From: an uncultured Patescibacteria group bacterium
GTDB lineage: Bacteria; Patescibacteriota; Microgenomatia; UBA1400; PJMF01
DNA length: 64,000 nucleotides
Reading direction: 5' to 3'
NCBI GenBank assembly: GCA_905478415.1
Contig: CAJQIG010000001.1
Location: forward strand, 309,892 to 373,891
Within the stretch, counting starts at the first letter, position 1; every line of letters starts with the position of its first letter. Both the position numbers and the translations under genes were made by a program. The notes below the pieces were generated by a model. It worked only from the letters and a program-made list of their open reading frames with translations, did not search any database and was not told the DNA's origin. This document shows, piece after piece, positions 10,706 to 21,558 of the stretch.

Positions 10706-11179
10706 TTAACGAGTGACAGAAAGCTCACTTTTTTCTGCTTTGCAAGCTGCAACGATTATCTCTCCTTTTTCCGATATAGTCACACTATATCCAGATGTGC
10801 TGGCCGTTTTCTCAAAACTTGGGTCTCGCGGCAAAACAGCAAGGTACGAAGCCAACTCACTTGCAAGGTCAATACAGACATCCTGTGCTTTAGGACAAGC
10901 ACTCATTCCACTATCAAAACACGTACCGAGTTGCTTCTCTTGCATACCGAGAGTTAAACCTGCTGGCAAGCTATTTCCCGTGTCAACAGTGCGTTGATGA
11001 ATAGCAGTAATTATTGTAGTGATATCTTCAGTACGCTGAGCATCACGAACATCAGCTAGAGGATCATAGGGACTAAAAACAATAAGTGAAATAAAAGCTG
11101 TCGTTGCTAACACAAAAATAATCAAAAAAAGCTCTAGTAAAGTAAGCGATTTTTTGCGGTCAACTGACAATTCAACCAT
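10706..11179 (-). CDS. prepilin-type N-terminal domain protein (pilin/pseudopilin-like)
   Basis: N-terminus KKSLTLLELFLIIFVLA resembles class III signal peptide (xFTLxE) with S at the cleavage position. Confidence 0.5.
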   Translation of the reverse strand: MVELSVDRKKSLTLLELFLIIFVLATTAFISLIVFSPYDPLADVRDAQRTEDITTIITAIHQRTVDTGNSLPAGLTLGMQEKQLGTCFDSGMSACPKAQDVCIDLASELASYLAVLPRDPSFEKTASTSGYSVTISEKGEIIVAACKAEKSELSVTR

Positions 11180-11261
11180 GGACAGATTTCTAAGCGTTGT
11201 GCTGTATACAGTAAACCATATTTACAGACGCTGGTAAATCACTTAGTTACACCAGAACCAG

Positions 11262-11798
11262 ATGCCATATGCTAAGATAGCAGCTATCATGATCACTGCC
11301 GAATCCTATCACTCCACCGTTAAACATATTCTCGATATACTCACCCAACACTCGTGTTGGTTTGAAACTTTCGAACACGAGGCAGTTCGAACAAGTGAAG
11401 AAGCAGCCAAAATAAGAACTGGTTATTCACTTTCCCAAGGAGCAAAAGCCCTTATCATTCAAGCTAAAAGAAGCAGTACAGATCGATTTTTTGCGATGAT
11501 CGTCATCCCTGGCAACAGGACTTTCGACTCTAAACTAGTTAAAAAAATCCTAGGAGTCAAATCGATTCGATTTGCAACTCCAGAAGAAGTAACTGAGGTA
11601 ACCAATGGTATTCAAGTGGGTGGTGTCCCCCCCTGGGGAAGTTTATTCAAACTGGAAACGTATGTAGATGCCACGCTCCTAAAACATGAAGCCATCATTT
11701 TTAATGCTGGGGATCGTAGGTTTTCTATTGCAATGAAAACTGCAGACTATATAAAACTCAATGCATCTAAAAAAGTGAACGTTACTTCTGTCAATTAA
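11262..11798 (+). CDS. YbaK/ProX-type aminoacyl-tRNA deacylase domain protein
   Basis: Family-typical GAKALIIQ ... GGVPP motifs. Confidence 0.55.
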   Translation: MPYAKIAAIMITAESYHSTVKHILDILTQHSCWFETFEHEAVRTSEEAAKIRTGYSLSQGAKALIIQAKRSSTDRFFAMIVIPGNRTFDSKLVKKILGVKSIRFATPEEVTEVTNGIQVGGVPPWGSLFKLETYVDATLLKHEAIIFNAGDRRFSIAMKTADYIKLNASKKVNVTSVN

Positions 11799-12280
11799 CG
11801 ATGTGATGAGCCAATCAAAGCCAGCTGTGTTTGGCTCCAAGGGTACTGCTTCACAAGCAGCACAAGTTCAGACTGGGTATCTGAATAAAGCTCAGCCTCT
11901 TGCCCAATTTCGATGCTGCGTATTTGCGTAACTGTGTACGTATAGCGACCATTATTGCTACCTGTTACAACCAAACTGTCTCCAATTTTTAATCCCTTAC
12001 CCGATAAAAACATGTTTCTATCTTGAGCTTCTAAAACTACCGAGTTAGTCGTTCCTAACCCCTGAGAACTCACTTCTCTAACTACTGTAGTTTTTGTTTT
12101 TGACACTAAGTACTCTTTTCCAAGTGTGGGTATAGCAATACTTTCAGTTGAAACAACATGTTCTCTGATCAAAAAATCTGGCACTGCCTGAACTTGTATC
12201 GAAGGTTGTAATACAGCTACCGAAACACCCAAACCCAGTCCCAATCCCATACTCGCTACTAAAAAAAGTCTGTTCTTCAT
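11795..12280 (-). CDS. secreted hypothetical protein (no Cys, so not a sortase)
   Basis: Signal peptide; beta-rich; 4-nt overlap with upstream gene. Confidence 0.45.
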   Translation of the reverse strand: MKNRLFLVASMGLGLGLGVSVAVLQPSIQVQAVPDFLIREHVVSTESIAIPTLGKEYLVSKTKTTVVREVSSQGLGTTNSVVLEAQDRNMFLSGKGLKIGDSLVVTGSNNGRYTYTVTQIRSIEIGQEAELYSDTQSELVLLVKQYPWSQTQLALIGSSHR

Positions 12281-12304
12281 ATATATGTTTATAGTATATC
12301 AAAA

Positions 12305-13396
12305 TTGGACGTAATAGACCAGAAACTTAAAAAAAGGTATACTCTGACCATGGTAAAAAATAGCTTCATTACTTTCTTTCTGATCCTCCTCGCTTTTGTT
12401 GGCGGTCTTGCTGCCTCAAAAGTCCCAGACTACTTTTTTGAAGAAAATGGGGAGCTCTTAATCCCAACCATCATTAACCCCATGGCGCAAAAGAAAGAAC
12501 CTCCTCTACAAAGGTATGCTATTCCCAGACTCAAAGAGCTACCTATTTCGACTGAGAAACTACTGGCCTACGAAGAACTAGATAAAACAAGTAGCTACAC
12601 CAGTTATCTTTTCACCTGGGAAACACTGGGTAAAGTTATGACTGGCCAAGTCAATATTCCAACTAAAATCGAAAAAGAAAATCCTAAAACCATAGTGCTA
12701 CTCAGGGGCTATGTGCCAGAAGAGATCTATGAAACTGGAGTAGGTACTGCAAATGCTGCAGCAGTGTTCGCAAAAAATGGCTACGTCACCGTCGCCCCCG
12801 ACTTCTTTGGATACGGTGGCAGTGATCCAGAGCCCATCGACACTTGGCAAGCTCGCTTCGAAAAACCACAAATTGTCATGGAGTTACTGCAATCGATTGC
12901 TCAGGCTGGTATTCAGGTTGGCGAAACGCAACTTATTTCTTCAATAAATGTAGGAATCTGGGCCCATAGTAACGGAGGTCAAATTGCACTCTCCACCCTA
13001 GAATCTTACGAGCTCCAAACACCAACGACTCTTTGGGCTCCTGTCTCAGCCCCCTTTCCTTACGCTATCCAGTTTTTTTCTGATGAACTTGCAGACGAAG
13101 GAAAAACACAACGCAAATGGATTTCAATCTTCGAAGACACCTATGATACCTTTGATTTTTCGGTCACTCAGCATATCACCCAACTCAAAGCCCCACTACA
13201 GTTTCACCATGGAGAACTTGATGATGCCGCTCCTATTGCATGGAGTAACGAATTTGTAGAAAAAATTGAAACTCAAAACGAAGACCTACCACTCACCTAC
13301 TACACATACAAAAATACTGATCATAATATGCAGCCATCCTGGAATACAGCTATCTCTCGAGATTTGAGCTTCTTTAAAGAGTATCTGGAACAGTGA
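12305..13396 (+). CDS. membrane-anchored alpha/beta hydrolase (GxSxG: HSNGG)
   Basis: N-terminal TM; nucleophile-elbow-like AHSNGG. Confidence 0.5.
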   Translation: MDVIDQKLKKRYTLTMVKNSFITFFLILLAFVGGLAASKVPDYFFEENGELLIPTIINPMAQKKEPPLQRYAIPRLKELPISTEKLLAYEELDKTSSYTSYLFTWETLGKVMTGQVNIPTKIEKENPKTIVLLRGYVPEEIYETGVGTANAAAVFAKNGYVTVAPDFFGYGGSDPEPIDTWQARFEKPQIVMELLQSIAQAGIQVGETQLISSINVGIWAHSNGGQIALSTLESYELQTPTTLWAPVSAPFPYAIQFFSDELADEGKTQRKWISIFEDTYDTFDFSVTQHITQLKAPLQFHHGELDDAAPIAWSNEFVEKIETQNEDLPLTYYTYKNTDHNMQPSWNTAISRDLSFFKEYLEQ

Positions 13397-13464
13397 CATT
13401 TCTAAAAGACGGGTACTTAAAACCTGTGTTAGAATAATTTTAGAACTAAATTTGAAGGACCAAT

Positions 13465-13938
13465 ATGCAAAATAGTGAAACCAAAGTCAGACCAGACACC
13501 CCAGAAATGATACGGGTAAAAACACTGGAAAGTGAAATTCTCTCACTGGCAGCTGTGAATGGTCAAGTGGATTCTGAGCAATATACTGAAGTACGAGAAA
13601 AAGTACGCGTATTTGCTCAAGAAGCAGCAATAAGTGGCAACGAAGATACACTTGGTTTAGCTAGACATTTAGTAGGTATGCTTCAAACTCAAGAAGAAAA
13701 TATTCGTTTCGATCTATTACGACATGAACTTACTACTTTAGAAGAACAAGTTGTTACAACCGATAACGATAACATTAGTGAATTATCAATGTTAAGTAGT
13801 AAAATATACGAACTCATTCAGAAAATGGAGCGGATGTCAGCAGAACGAAATATGACGGCCGTACTTGAAACCGCAAGAAATCTCAGAGCAGGTGTTGAAG
13901 AAAGACTGCAACAAAGCCTTTTTTCTCCAAGTTCTTAA
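13465..13938 (+). CDS. hypothetical protein
   Basis: ORF only. Confidence 0.4.
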   Translation: MQNSETKVRPDTPEMIRVKTLESEILSLAAVNGQVDSEQYTEVREKVRVFAQEAAISGNEDTLGLARHLVGMLQTQEENIRFDLLRHELTTLEEQVVTTDNDNISELSMLSSKIYELIQKMERMSAERNMTAVLETARNLRAGVEERLQQSLFSPSS

Positions 13939-13940
13939 AC

Positions 13941-15176
13941 TCAATTAAGAACTTCAGCTTCTGCCTCGACAACCGTGTCTAATAATCCTCCAGATGAATG
14001 TGCTCGCACCTTTTCAACCCGCTTCTGCATCTGGCGAACACGCGTCCCCGAAAGTTCTTCATAACTTGTCTGCAACGTTTTGATAGCTCGACCATACTTA
14101 TCCAAAGATGCCACAAACTTTTCCCACTCCATTGAAAATTGATCTACATGTTTGATAACTTCTTTGAGCTGATCACCAATCATAAAGTTGCGATAACTTT
14201 CCATGACAGTCCGGGCCACAATCAGGAACGTAAAGGGTGACACCAAAAGCACTCGTTGTTGCAAAGCTCTATCAACTAAATGTGGTAACTTTTGGTTAAT
14301 AAACGAAAATACCATCTCATTTGGCACAAACATAATAGCGTAATCGAGCGTGTTAAATTCTGGCACAATGTACTCGGCCACCTTATCAATTTTTTTCTTG
14401 AGATCAATCTCGAACTGCTTTAAGTGTGCTGTCCGAGCAACCTTTGTTTGAGCTTCAGCCAATTTCTGCATCTCGCTATACGGAAACTTCACATCAACCG
14501 CGACTAAACGATCATTTGGAAGCAAGAGGGTGATATCGGGAATTAATTTTGATGTCCCTAGTTTTGCTTGTCGTTTATAGTGCAAACCTTCTTGCATGCC
14601 ATGAGACGTCAATAAGTCTTCAATAATTCGTTCTCCCCAAGCTCCTCTAGACTGGTTATTTGAGAGCACTTTCGAAAGCTGTTCTGTCGAAATTTTAAGA
14701 TCATTCGTAATTTCGCGCTGCGTTTCGAGAGCAGAGACAATCTCAGTAAACTTCTCAACCCGGTCATTCTCAATTTTTCTAATTTCTGTTTGGCGAGTAT
14801 CCATGTCTTTTTGTAACTGTTTGACTAAGCGCTCCATCATCAGGTGCTTATTTTCTAAATCCACCTTAATGGCTTCTTTTTCTCCAGCTAATATGTGTCG
14901 ACTTTGTTCGGCAATTTTTTGAGCAGACATGCCGAATACTCTGTCGACAGTTTTTTCAATATCAGATTCCCGCTTGGTATCAAACAATTTTTTCTGAAAG
15001 AAAAGAATGGCTGCAAAACCAGTAATAAGTAGTAATGAAATAACAATCAGTTCAAATGACATATACAATCCCTTGGTTAGTCTAGCTTTCAAAAATGAAA
15101 GTAAGTACAGTATACTAAAGTTAGTACAAAATACTAATCTGATCGCGCACCTCCAAGTATGGATACACACCACCAC
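13941..15176 (-). CDS. rmuC: DNA recombination protein RmuC
   Basis: N-terminal TM plus coiled coil plus C-terminal RmuC-like region (VDVKFPYSEM...FVPNE). Confidence 0.7.
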   Translation of the reverse strand: MVVCIHTWRCAIRLVFCTNFSILYLLSFLKARLTKGLYMSFELIVISLLLITGFAAILFFQKKLFDTKRESDIEKTVDRVFGMSAQKIAEQSRHILAGEKEAIKVDLENKHLMMERLVKQLQKDMDTRQTEIRKIENDRVEKFTEIVSALETQREITNDLKISTEQLSKVLSNNQSRGAWGERIIEDLLTSHGMQEGLHYKRQAKLGTSKLIPDITLLLPNDRLVAVDVKFPYSEMQKLAEAQTKVARTAHLKQFEIDLKKKIDKVAEYIVPEFNTLDYAIMFVPNEMVFSFINQKLPHLVDRALQQRVLLVSPFTFLIVARTVMESYRNFMIGDQLKEVIKHVDQFSMEWEKFVASLDKYGRAIKTLQTSYEELSGTRVRQMQKRVEKVRAHSSGGLLDTVVEAEAEVLN

Positions 15177-15663
15177 ACTACTTCACCAGATCGAGCCCGA
15201 TCACGTTTGAAAAAAACTAGTCCTGTTAAGAATCGTTCACGAACATCTTCTGTTCCTTCTCCACTCTTACAAAAATATCTACGATTCAGTCCTTTGCTTC
15301 TCATTGCAGCTGTAAATGGCATAGTCATTTGGAATGTCATAACTCGTGTTGACCCTCAAAAGCTACAGCATATGATTATTCCTAATAGCTATGCACCGAT
15401 GTTGCTGTTGCTCATGAGCCTAAGTTTCTTTTTAGGAAGTTACTTATTTTTAAATACTGGTCGAGGAGCACGAATTGCTCTCATAACCGGTCTCTACTTT
15501 TTTCTTAAATTTCAACATGTATTTTTTTCATTGTCAGTGTATCTTTTCTTACTCGTGCTCTTCTTTGGACTCGAAAGTAGTAGTTTTATAAAAAAGTGGA
15601 AGTTCGGGTCGAAAAATCGCCCTAAATAGATTACAATACCAGAGGAAATAAAAATACGAGCCC

Positions 15664-17091
15664 ATGAAAAAAAACTACTATATTACTACCACCCTCCCCT
15701 ATGTTAACGCCGAACCACATATTGGTTTTGCACAAGAAATAATTGCTGCCGATGTCCTGGCCCGTTTTCACAAAGAACTGTTGAGAGAAACCATTATCTT
15801 CAACACTGGTACGGACGAACATGGTCAAAAAATTCATCAAAAGGCACTTGAAGCAGGTGTTCCTACACAAGCATATGTAGATACCTATGCCGCCAAATTT
15901 TCTGAACTCAAAGAACTCTTAGCCATTGAATATACTCATTTTATCCGAACAACAGATCCGGCACATAAAAAGGCAGCACAAGAATTTTGGCGTCGCTGCG
16001 AAACAAATGGAGATATCTATAAGAAAGAGTACACACTTTCGTACTGTGTTGGCTGTGAGCTTGAGAAACAGAGCTCTGATCTTGTTGATGGACGATGTCC
16101 CCTACATCCCAATAAGGAAATTGAAATTAGAGAAGAAGAAAATTACTTTTTCAAGTTCTCCCGTTATCAAGATGCCCTCCTCAAACTTTACTCTGATCAT
16201 CCAACTTTTGTGGAACCAGATAGTAAGATGAAAGAAATAACTGCCTTTGTCAAAGGTGGGCTCAAGGACTTTAGTATCTCCCGACTCAAAGAAAAAATGC
16301 CCTGGGGTGTACCAGTGCCAGGTGATGAAGATCACGTCATGTATGTGTGGTTCGACGCCCTCGTCAACTATGTTTCCACACTTGGGTGGCCAGAAGAATC
16401 ATCTGAATTTCAAGCATTTTGGCCAGGAACCCAAGTTGCTGGTAAAGATAATCTTCGTCAGCAATCAGCTATGTGGCAAGCCATGTTAGCCTCAGCTGGA
16501 CTCCCTTTTAGCAAACAAATTTTCATCAATGGTTTTATTAGTGTTGATGGACAAAAAATGAGTAAATCTTTAGGAAATGTCATTGCTCCCACTGAGATGG
16601 TGGCTCGGTATGGAACCGAAGCTACTCGTTTCTTGTTAATGGAACTCGGTCCATTCGGTACCGATATGGATGTTACCTGGGAAAAACTTGATACCACATT
16701 TACAGCACATCTTTCTAATGGGTTAGGTAACCTCTGTTCTCGGGTGGCTAAAATGTGTGAAAAAAATGGCAGTGACTTTAGTAAAGATGAACAAGCTCCG
16801 GTAACATCTGAAGAATATACTTCAGACTTACATGCTGGGAGAGTTAAAGAAGCACTTGAGTTAACCTTTAATCTTATTTCCACTGGTGATCAATTTCTCA
16901 GTGAAATGAAACCATGGAAAGAAGAAGGCGACACACAAACGAAAATCCTCCAAACAGCTGTTTCCAACATCTTACAGATAGCAACTCAGCTCACCCCATT
17001 CATGCCAGAGACTGCTGCAACTATTGCTACACATTTTTCTCAAACACACATCCTTGCTTTGAGTCCACTCTTTCCACGACTGGAGAAGTAA
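15664..17091 (+). CDS. metG: methionine--tRNA ligase (short form, no C-terminal tRNA-binding extension)
   Basis: HIGF (HIGH-like) motif, KMSKS motif, CxxC...CP zinc knuckle. Confidence 0.85.
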   Translation: MKKNYYITTTLPYVNAEPHIGFAQEIIAADVLARFHKELLRETIIFNTGTDEHGQKIHQKALEAGVPTQAYVDTYAAKFSELKELLAIEYTHFIRTTDPAHKKAAQEFWRRCETNGDIYKKEYTLSYCVGCELEKQSSDLVDGRCPLHPNKEIEIREEENYFFKFSRYQDALLKLYSDHPTFVEPDSKMKEITAFVKGGLKDFSISRLKEKMPWGVPVPGDEDHVMYVWFDALVNYVSTLGWPEESSEFQAFWPGTQVAGKDNLRQQSAMWQAMLASAGLPFSKQIFINGFISVDGQKMSKSLGNVIAPTEMVARYGTEATRFLLMELGPFGTDMDVTWEKLDTTFTAHLSNGLGNLCSRVAKMCEKNGSDFSKDEQAPVTSEEYTSDLHAGRVKEALELTFNLISTGDQFLSEMKPWKEEGDTQTKILQTAVSNILQIATQLTPFMPETAATIATHFSQTHILALSPLFPRLEK

Positions 17092-17111
17092 CATTCACCG
17101 AAATTCCAATT

Positions 17112-17960
17112 ATGCATATTTTCGATACTCACTGCCATTACAACCTCGACCCTCTTGCCACTAATTGGGAAGCACACTGGAGTAAAGCACAAACTGCAGG
17201 GGTTACACACTCCATAATTGTGGGAACTGATATAGAGTCAAGCCAAATGGCACTCACTCAAGCCAAAAGTCAAAAACAACTCTTTGCAAGTGTTGGGATA
17301 CATCCTGGTTCACTCGAAGATATATTTCACCCAGAAATGAAACCACGAGATATTGAAGTGATACTTGAAAAATTGACTCTAAAATTGACTACCCTCTTAC
17401 AATCTAATCCTGTTGCACTTGGAGAAGTCGGACTTGACTACTATCGTCTCCGTTCAAAAGGACTTAAACGCGAATTTCTAGAAAACATTCAAAAAACTAT
17501 GCTTATTATCCAACTCAACCTTGCTAAAACATATAACCTACCAGTCATTGCTCACGTTCGGGATCAGATAGACCGCACCGAAGAAAATGCCTACTTTGAT
17601 TTCCTCAAGATCATTGAAAAATACCCTCCCACCAAATTTGTGCTGCACTGTGCATCCGGACCTCTCGCATATATTGAGAAAGCAATCGAAATGGGAGCCT
17701 CTATTGGTGTTGATGGCAATGTAACCTACGACTCTGCCGAACACATCCGAAAAATTGTTGCACTCACGCCATCTGAGAAACTACTACTCGAGACAGATGC
17801 TCCGTATCTTGCCCCTAATCAACACAAAGGAGAAATCTGTGAGCCCTGGATGATCAGTGAGACAGCTCAGTATCTAGAATCAGAACTCACTCAAAATCTC
17901 GAACAAATCTATCAAAATAGCTTTTCCTTTTTTGATCTGGAGAGAAATCAAGTACAATAG
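17112..17960 (+). CDS. tatD: TatD family deoxyribonuclease
   Basis: MHIFDTHCHY N-terminus at internal ATG 17112; the track ORF start at 16914 overlaps metG. Confidence 0.75.
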   Translation: MHIFDTHCHYNLDPLATNWEAHWSKAQTAGVTHSIIVGTDIESSQMALTQAKSQKQLFASVGIHPGSLEDIFHPEMKPRDIEVILEKLTLKLTTLLQSNPVALGEVGLDYYRLRSKGLKREFLENIQKTMLIIQLNLAKTYNLPVIAHVRDQIDRTEENAYFDFLKIIEKYPPTKFVLHCASGPLAYIEKAIEMGASIGVDGNVTYDSAEHIRKIVALTPSEKLLLETDAPYLAPNQHKGEICEPWMISETAQYLESELTQNLEQIYQNSFSFFDLERNQVQ

Positions 17961-17969
17961 AGACTGTTT

Positions 17970-19475
17970 ATGGGAAACTTTTTACGTCGTTATATTAACC
18001 GCCATCCAATCCGATCACAACGATTTTTGGAAATTTTACCAGGATTCGTCTCGTGGTCATTGATTTTGTTTCCATTCTGGGGTTCATTGATTGTTCCTGA
18101 GTTTGTAGCTTATTTTGTGATTGTCTTTGCAGTTTACTGGCTCTATCGATCTATCTCAATGTCAATTCTGGCAGTCATGGGACACTTCAGAATTAAAGCT
18201 GCAACTTCATTTAACTGGATTGAGGACCTTAAAAGAACATTCCCAAAAAAATGGAATAGTATTCATCATGTGATTATTATTCCCACTTATAAAGAGCCAC
18301 TTGAAACGCTTGAAAGAACTCTCGATGGACTTTCAAAACAATCATACTTGCTCTCCAACATTCATATTATGCTTTCATTTGAAGAGCGTGAAGGTACGGA
18401 AGCTGATCAAAAAGCTACTGTGCTCTTAAAAAAATATGGAAAAACCTTTGGACATCTTTGGACTACTAAACACCCAGATATCAAAGGTGAAGTTAAGGGT
18501 AAATCGTCTAACACAGCTTGGGGAGGCCAAATCGCCAAGAAAAAATTGGTTGATGAACTCAAATTTGATCTTGATACTATTACCATTAGTAGTGAAGACG
18601 CCGATGCACTCTTTCATAAAGACTACTTTAGCAATATCACCTTCGAATTTTTAAGTACTGACTCTCCTTATAACAAAATCTGGCAAGGCGCAGTTGTTTT
18701 TTACAATAATATCTGGAAAGTACCACCACCCATTAGAGTTCTCGCCTCGATGTTTTCGGTTATTCAGATTCATATTTTGATGCGCAGTGATCGCCTGATT
18801 AACTTCTCAACCTATACCACCTCACTTAAACACATAGTTGAAATTGGTTTTTGGGATACAGATGTAATTCCCGAAGATTATCGACTCTTTTTTAAATCCT
18901 ATTTTGCAAAAAAAGGAAATTTTGAAGTCAAGCCAATATTTCTTCCCATTTATTCTGACGCCGCCGAGTCAAACACTTGGTGGTCAACCTTTGCTAACCA
19001 GTACGAACAGCTGAAACGCTGGGCTTGGGGAGTCAGTGATGATGCCTACATCATCAAACAATACATTTTAGCAACCGAAATTCCCTTTTGGGAGAAGACC
19101 GTACGTGTTTCAAAAACCATTGAAGACCACTTCTTGTGGCCAGTTAACTGGTTTATTGTGACTATCGCTGCCTTTCTCCCACCACTCTTAAATCCAGCCT
19201 TTAATAGAACCACAATTGGTAAGACACTGCCTCAGGTGACTTCTTCACTCTTAACTCTTTCTCTCGTTTCTATGGTTATTATCTTTATCATTGATGCTAT
19301 CAACCGTCCTCCCCGCCCAAACAAGCGAAATCCTTTTTCATATATTTTCCAACCTCTCGAGTTCTTGATGCTACCAATCATTGGCTTCTTTTTCTCAGCT
19401 CTACCGGGGATTGATGCTCATACCCGCCTAATGCTGGGCAAATACATTGAGTACAAAGTCACCGAAAAAATCTAA
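17970..19475 (+). CDS. membrane glycosyltransferase-like protein (GT2-like core)
   Basis: N-terminal TM helices; IIIPTYKEPLETL resembles GT2 N-terminal motif; C-terminal TM helices. Confidence 0.45.
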   Translation: MGNFLRRYINRHPIRSQRFLEILPGFVSWSLILFPFWGSLIVPEFVAYFVIVFAVYWLYRSISMSILAVMGHFRIKAATSFNWIEDLKRTFPKKWNSIHHVIIIPTYKEPLETLERTLDGLSKQSYLLSNIHIMLSFEEREGTEADQKATVLLKKYGKTFGHLWTTKHPDIKGEVKGKSSNTAWGGQIAKKKLVDELKFDLDTITISSEDADALFHKDYFSNITFEFLSTDSPYNKIWQGAVVFYNNIWKVPPPIRVLASMFSVIQIHILMRSDRLINFSTYTTSLKHIVEIGFWDTDVIPEDYRLFFKSYFAKKGNFEVKPIFLPIYSDAAESNTWWSTFANQYEQLKRWAWGVSDDAYIIKQYILATEIPFWEKTVRVSKTIEDHFLWPVNWFIVTIAAFLPPLLNPAFNRTTIGKTLPQVTSSLLTLSLVSMVIIFIIDAINRPPRPNKRNPFSYIFQPLEFLMLPIIGFFFSALPGIDAHTRLMLGKYIEYKVTEKI

Positions 19476-19542
19476 TTCTCTCTAGCGAAGAAGTAGCTCA
19501 TTGCTGTATAGTGAAGAGTACTAGTAGTACAGAACACCTGCC

Positions 19543-21168
19543 GTGAAACACTCACTTCTCTCAAAGATCATCAAAGTTGATAAACTCCTTGATCAGCAAT
19601 TCCCACTTTTTATTGCTTTAGTGTTACTCATGCTGTTACGTGTCCCTAATTTCGTTGAACCTTATTGGTACGGAGATGAAGCCATCTATCTGACCATCGG
19701 CCAATCAATGAATAAAGGTGCCATTCTCTATAAAGAAATTATTGATCATAAAACTCCACTTATCTACTTTTTAGCCCAGACGCATACACAAGAAAACTTT
19801 AGAGTGCTCCTTTGGGGTTGGATGTTAGTAACAACTATTGCTTTCTACTACTTTGCCCAAACACTCTTTTCGAATAAGAAATGGCCAACGTTTATTGCAA
19901 CCATCCTATTTGTACTGGCAACCTCGCTACCAACTTTCGAAGGCAATATTCCCAATGGCGAACTCTTTGTGATGGGCTTTGTTTTGGTTGGAATGCTTGT
20001 TTTATCCCAAACTTCATATGCAACCTCATTTCTTCATCCAAAAGCAAAAAAGGTAAAAGACTCTCCTGCCTGGATGTATATTATTTCTGGCTCCTTCCTT
20101 TCCCTTGGGGTCCTCACAAAAGTACCCGCTATTTTTGACGTAGCCGCTGCAGCGGGGTTTGGATTTTTTGAAAGTACTAATGCTCTTCTAGCTGCACAAA
20201 AAAATCGTCTACTTATTCTTAAAAAGAAGTTCGTCAAAATTGTACCGATATGGTTTTTCTTGGGTGTGGGAATTGTACTGCCAATACTTCTCTCGATCGC
20301 TTACTTTGTTAAACTTGACGCTGGTTCAGAGTATCTTCAGTTCGGCCTCATGTATAACTTTAGATATGCTGGCAGTTGGGGACTACCATTCGACAATCCT
20401 ATCTTAGTATTCTTTTTCTCACTACCAGGTAAACTGGTAGCCATGTCTTTCCTAACAATGCTACTAGTAGTAACTAAAAAATACATTTCACCCGCATTTC
20501 AATTTATTCTTTTTTGGTTTGGTCTTTCACTGTTTGCAAGTCTGCTCTCAAACCGCCCCTATCCTCACTACTACCTCCAGATTGCACCAGCACTCTCACT
20601 GCTTGTAGCAGGAACGGTGTATGAAGGCATCAAGATGCTCTTTAAACGCACAGCTCTTCAGAATAAGAATATTTTGGGCCCATTCCTTGCAACGGTGATT
20701 TTCACTGGCTTCGTTGCTATCTTATTTCTACTCAAAGTTCAAAAGTATCCAACAGTTGCCTACTATACATCTTTTATTCAATTGGCTAAAAGAGAAATTT
20801 CTGTTGCAGACTACAACCAACGATTTGACTCACTTATGAGTGATAACTACCGGGTAGTAGAAACAATGAAAGCTTGCCCTGATGACCATCTCTTTATTTG
20901 GGGAACAAATCCAACGCTCTATGCTCTGGCTGATAAAATGCCAACTGGGAGATTTACTGTTTCGTTCCACATAAAAGACTTTAATGCTTATGATGAGACG
21001 TTTAACGACTTCGTTGAAGATAACCCAAACTATGTAGTAGTTATGAATAAAGAAGATGGGGCCTTTCCACAATTCTATCAATATCTCAGAAAAAACTATC
21101 GACCGAGTCAGACTCAATTTGACAATTTTGCTCTCTGGCATAGAATAGAGTGCACAGTCACTAAGTAA
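19543..21168 (+). CDS. GT-C fold glycosyltransferase (ArnT/PMT-like, polyprenyl-phosphate-sugar dependent)
   Basis: Polytopic; early periplasmic loop YWYGDEAIY; about 12 TM. Confidence 0.55.
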   Translation: MKHSLLSKIIKVDKLLDQQFPLFIALVLLMLLRVPNFVEPYWYGDEAIYLTIGQSMNKGAILYKEIIDHKTPLIYFLAQTHTQENFRVLLWGWMLVTTIAFYYFAQTLFSNKKWPTFIATILFVLATSLPTFEGNIPNGELFVMGFVLVGMLVLSQTSYATSFLHPKAKKVKDSPAWMYIISGSFLSLGVLTKVPAIFDVAAAAGFGFFESTNALLAAQKNRLLILKKKFVKIVPIWFFLGVGIVLPILLSIAYFVKLDAGSEYLQFGLMYNFRYAGSWGLPFDNPILVFFFSLPGKLVAMSFLTMLLVVTKKYISPAFQFILFWFGLSLFASLLSNRPYPHYYLQIAPALSLLVAGTVYEGIKMLFKRTALQNKNILGPFLATVIFTGFVAILFLLKVQKYPTVAYYTSFIQLAKREISVADYNQRFDSLMSDNYRVVETMKACPDDHLFIWGTNPTLYALADKMPTGRFTVSFHIKDFNAYDETFNDFVEDNPNYVVVMNKEDGAFPQFYQYLRKNYRPSQTQFDNFALWHRIECTVTK

Positions 21169-21187
21169 TGAGTGAGAGGTTCTACGT

Positions 21188-21556
21188 TTGATGTCTAAAT
21201 CTACTACAAAAGCGCGAATCCAACTCACGTTACCAACAGAAACAAAAAGACCTACGGCTCTTTCAACTGGACTTATTTTGATCAATATCGCCGCAGCACT
21301 GCTTGGTTACTTCACTACCCAACCTGATATCCCATTATTTTATTCATTGGCACAAAATAATCAGCAACTTGTTGGTAAAGAATATATCTTTATCTTGCCG
21401 ATCTTAGCAATTGTTTTTGGTATTATGAATATGCTGATTATTACCATACTCAAAAAGTACGATAAATTACTGCTGACTCTTTTTTCTTGGGTAACAACAA
21501 TCTTTCAAGCCTTACTCACCTTTGCGCTTTTAAGAATACTTTTTATAGTTTCATAA
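21188..21556 (+). CDS. small membrane protein (3-4 TM)
   Basis: ORF; hydrophobic. Confidence 0.45.
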   Translation: MMSKSTTKARIQLTLPTETKRPTALSTGLILINIAAALLGYFTTQPDIPLFYSLAQNNQQLVGKEYIFILPILAIVFGIMNMLIITILKKYDKLLLTLFSWVTTIFQALLTFALLRILFIVS

Positions 21557-21558
21557 CT

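Noticed and set aside
15159-15629. 156-aa plus-strand ORF (His/Ser-rich N-terminus, hydrophobic C-terminus)
   Set aside because: It overlaps the rmuC start, has no RBS and has a low-complexity N-terminus. It may be a small membrane protein starting at an internal Met, but the evidence is insufficient.
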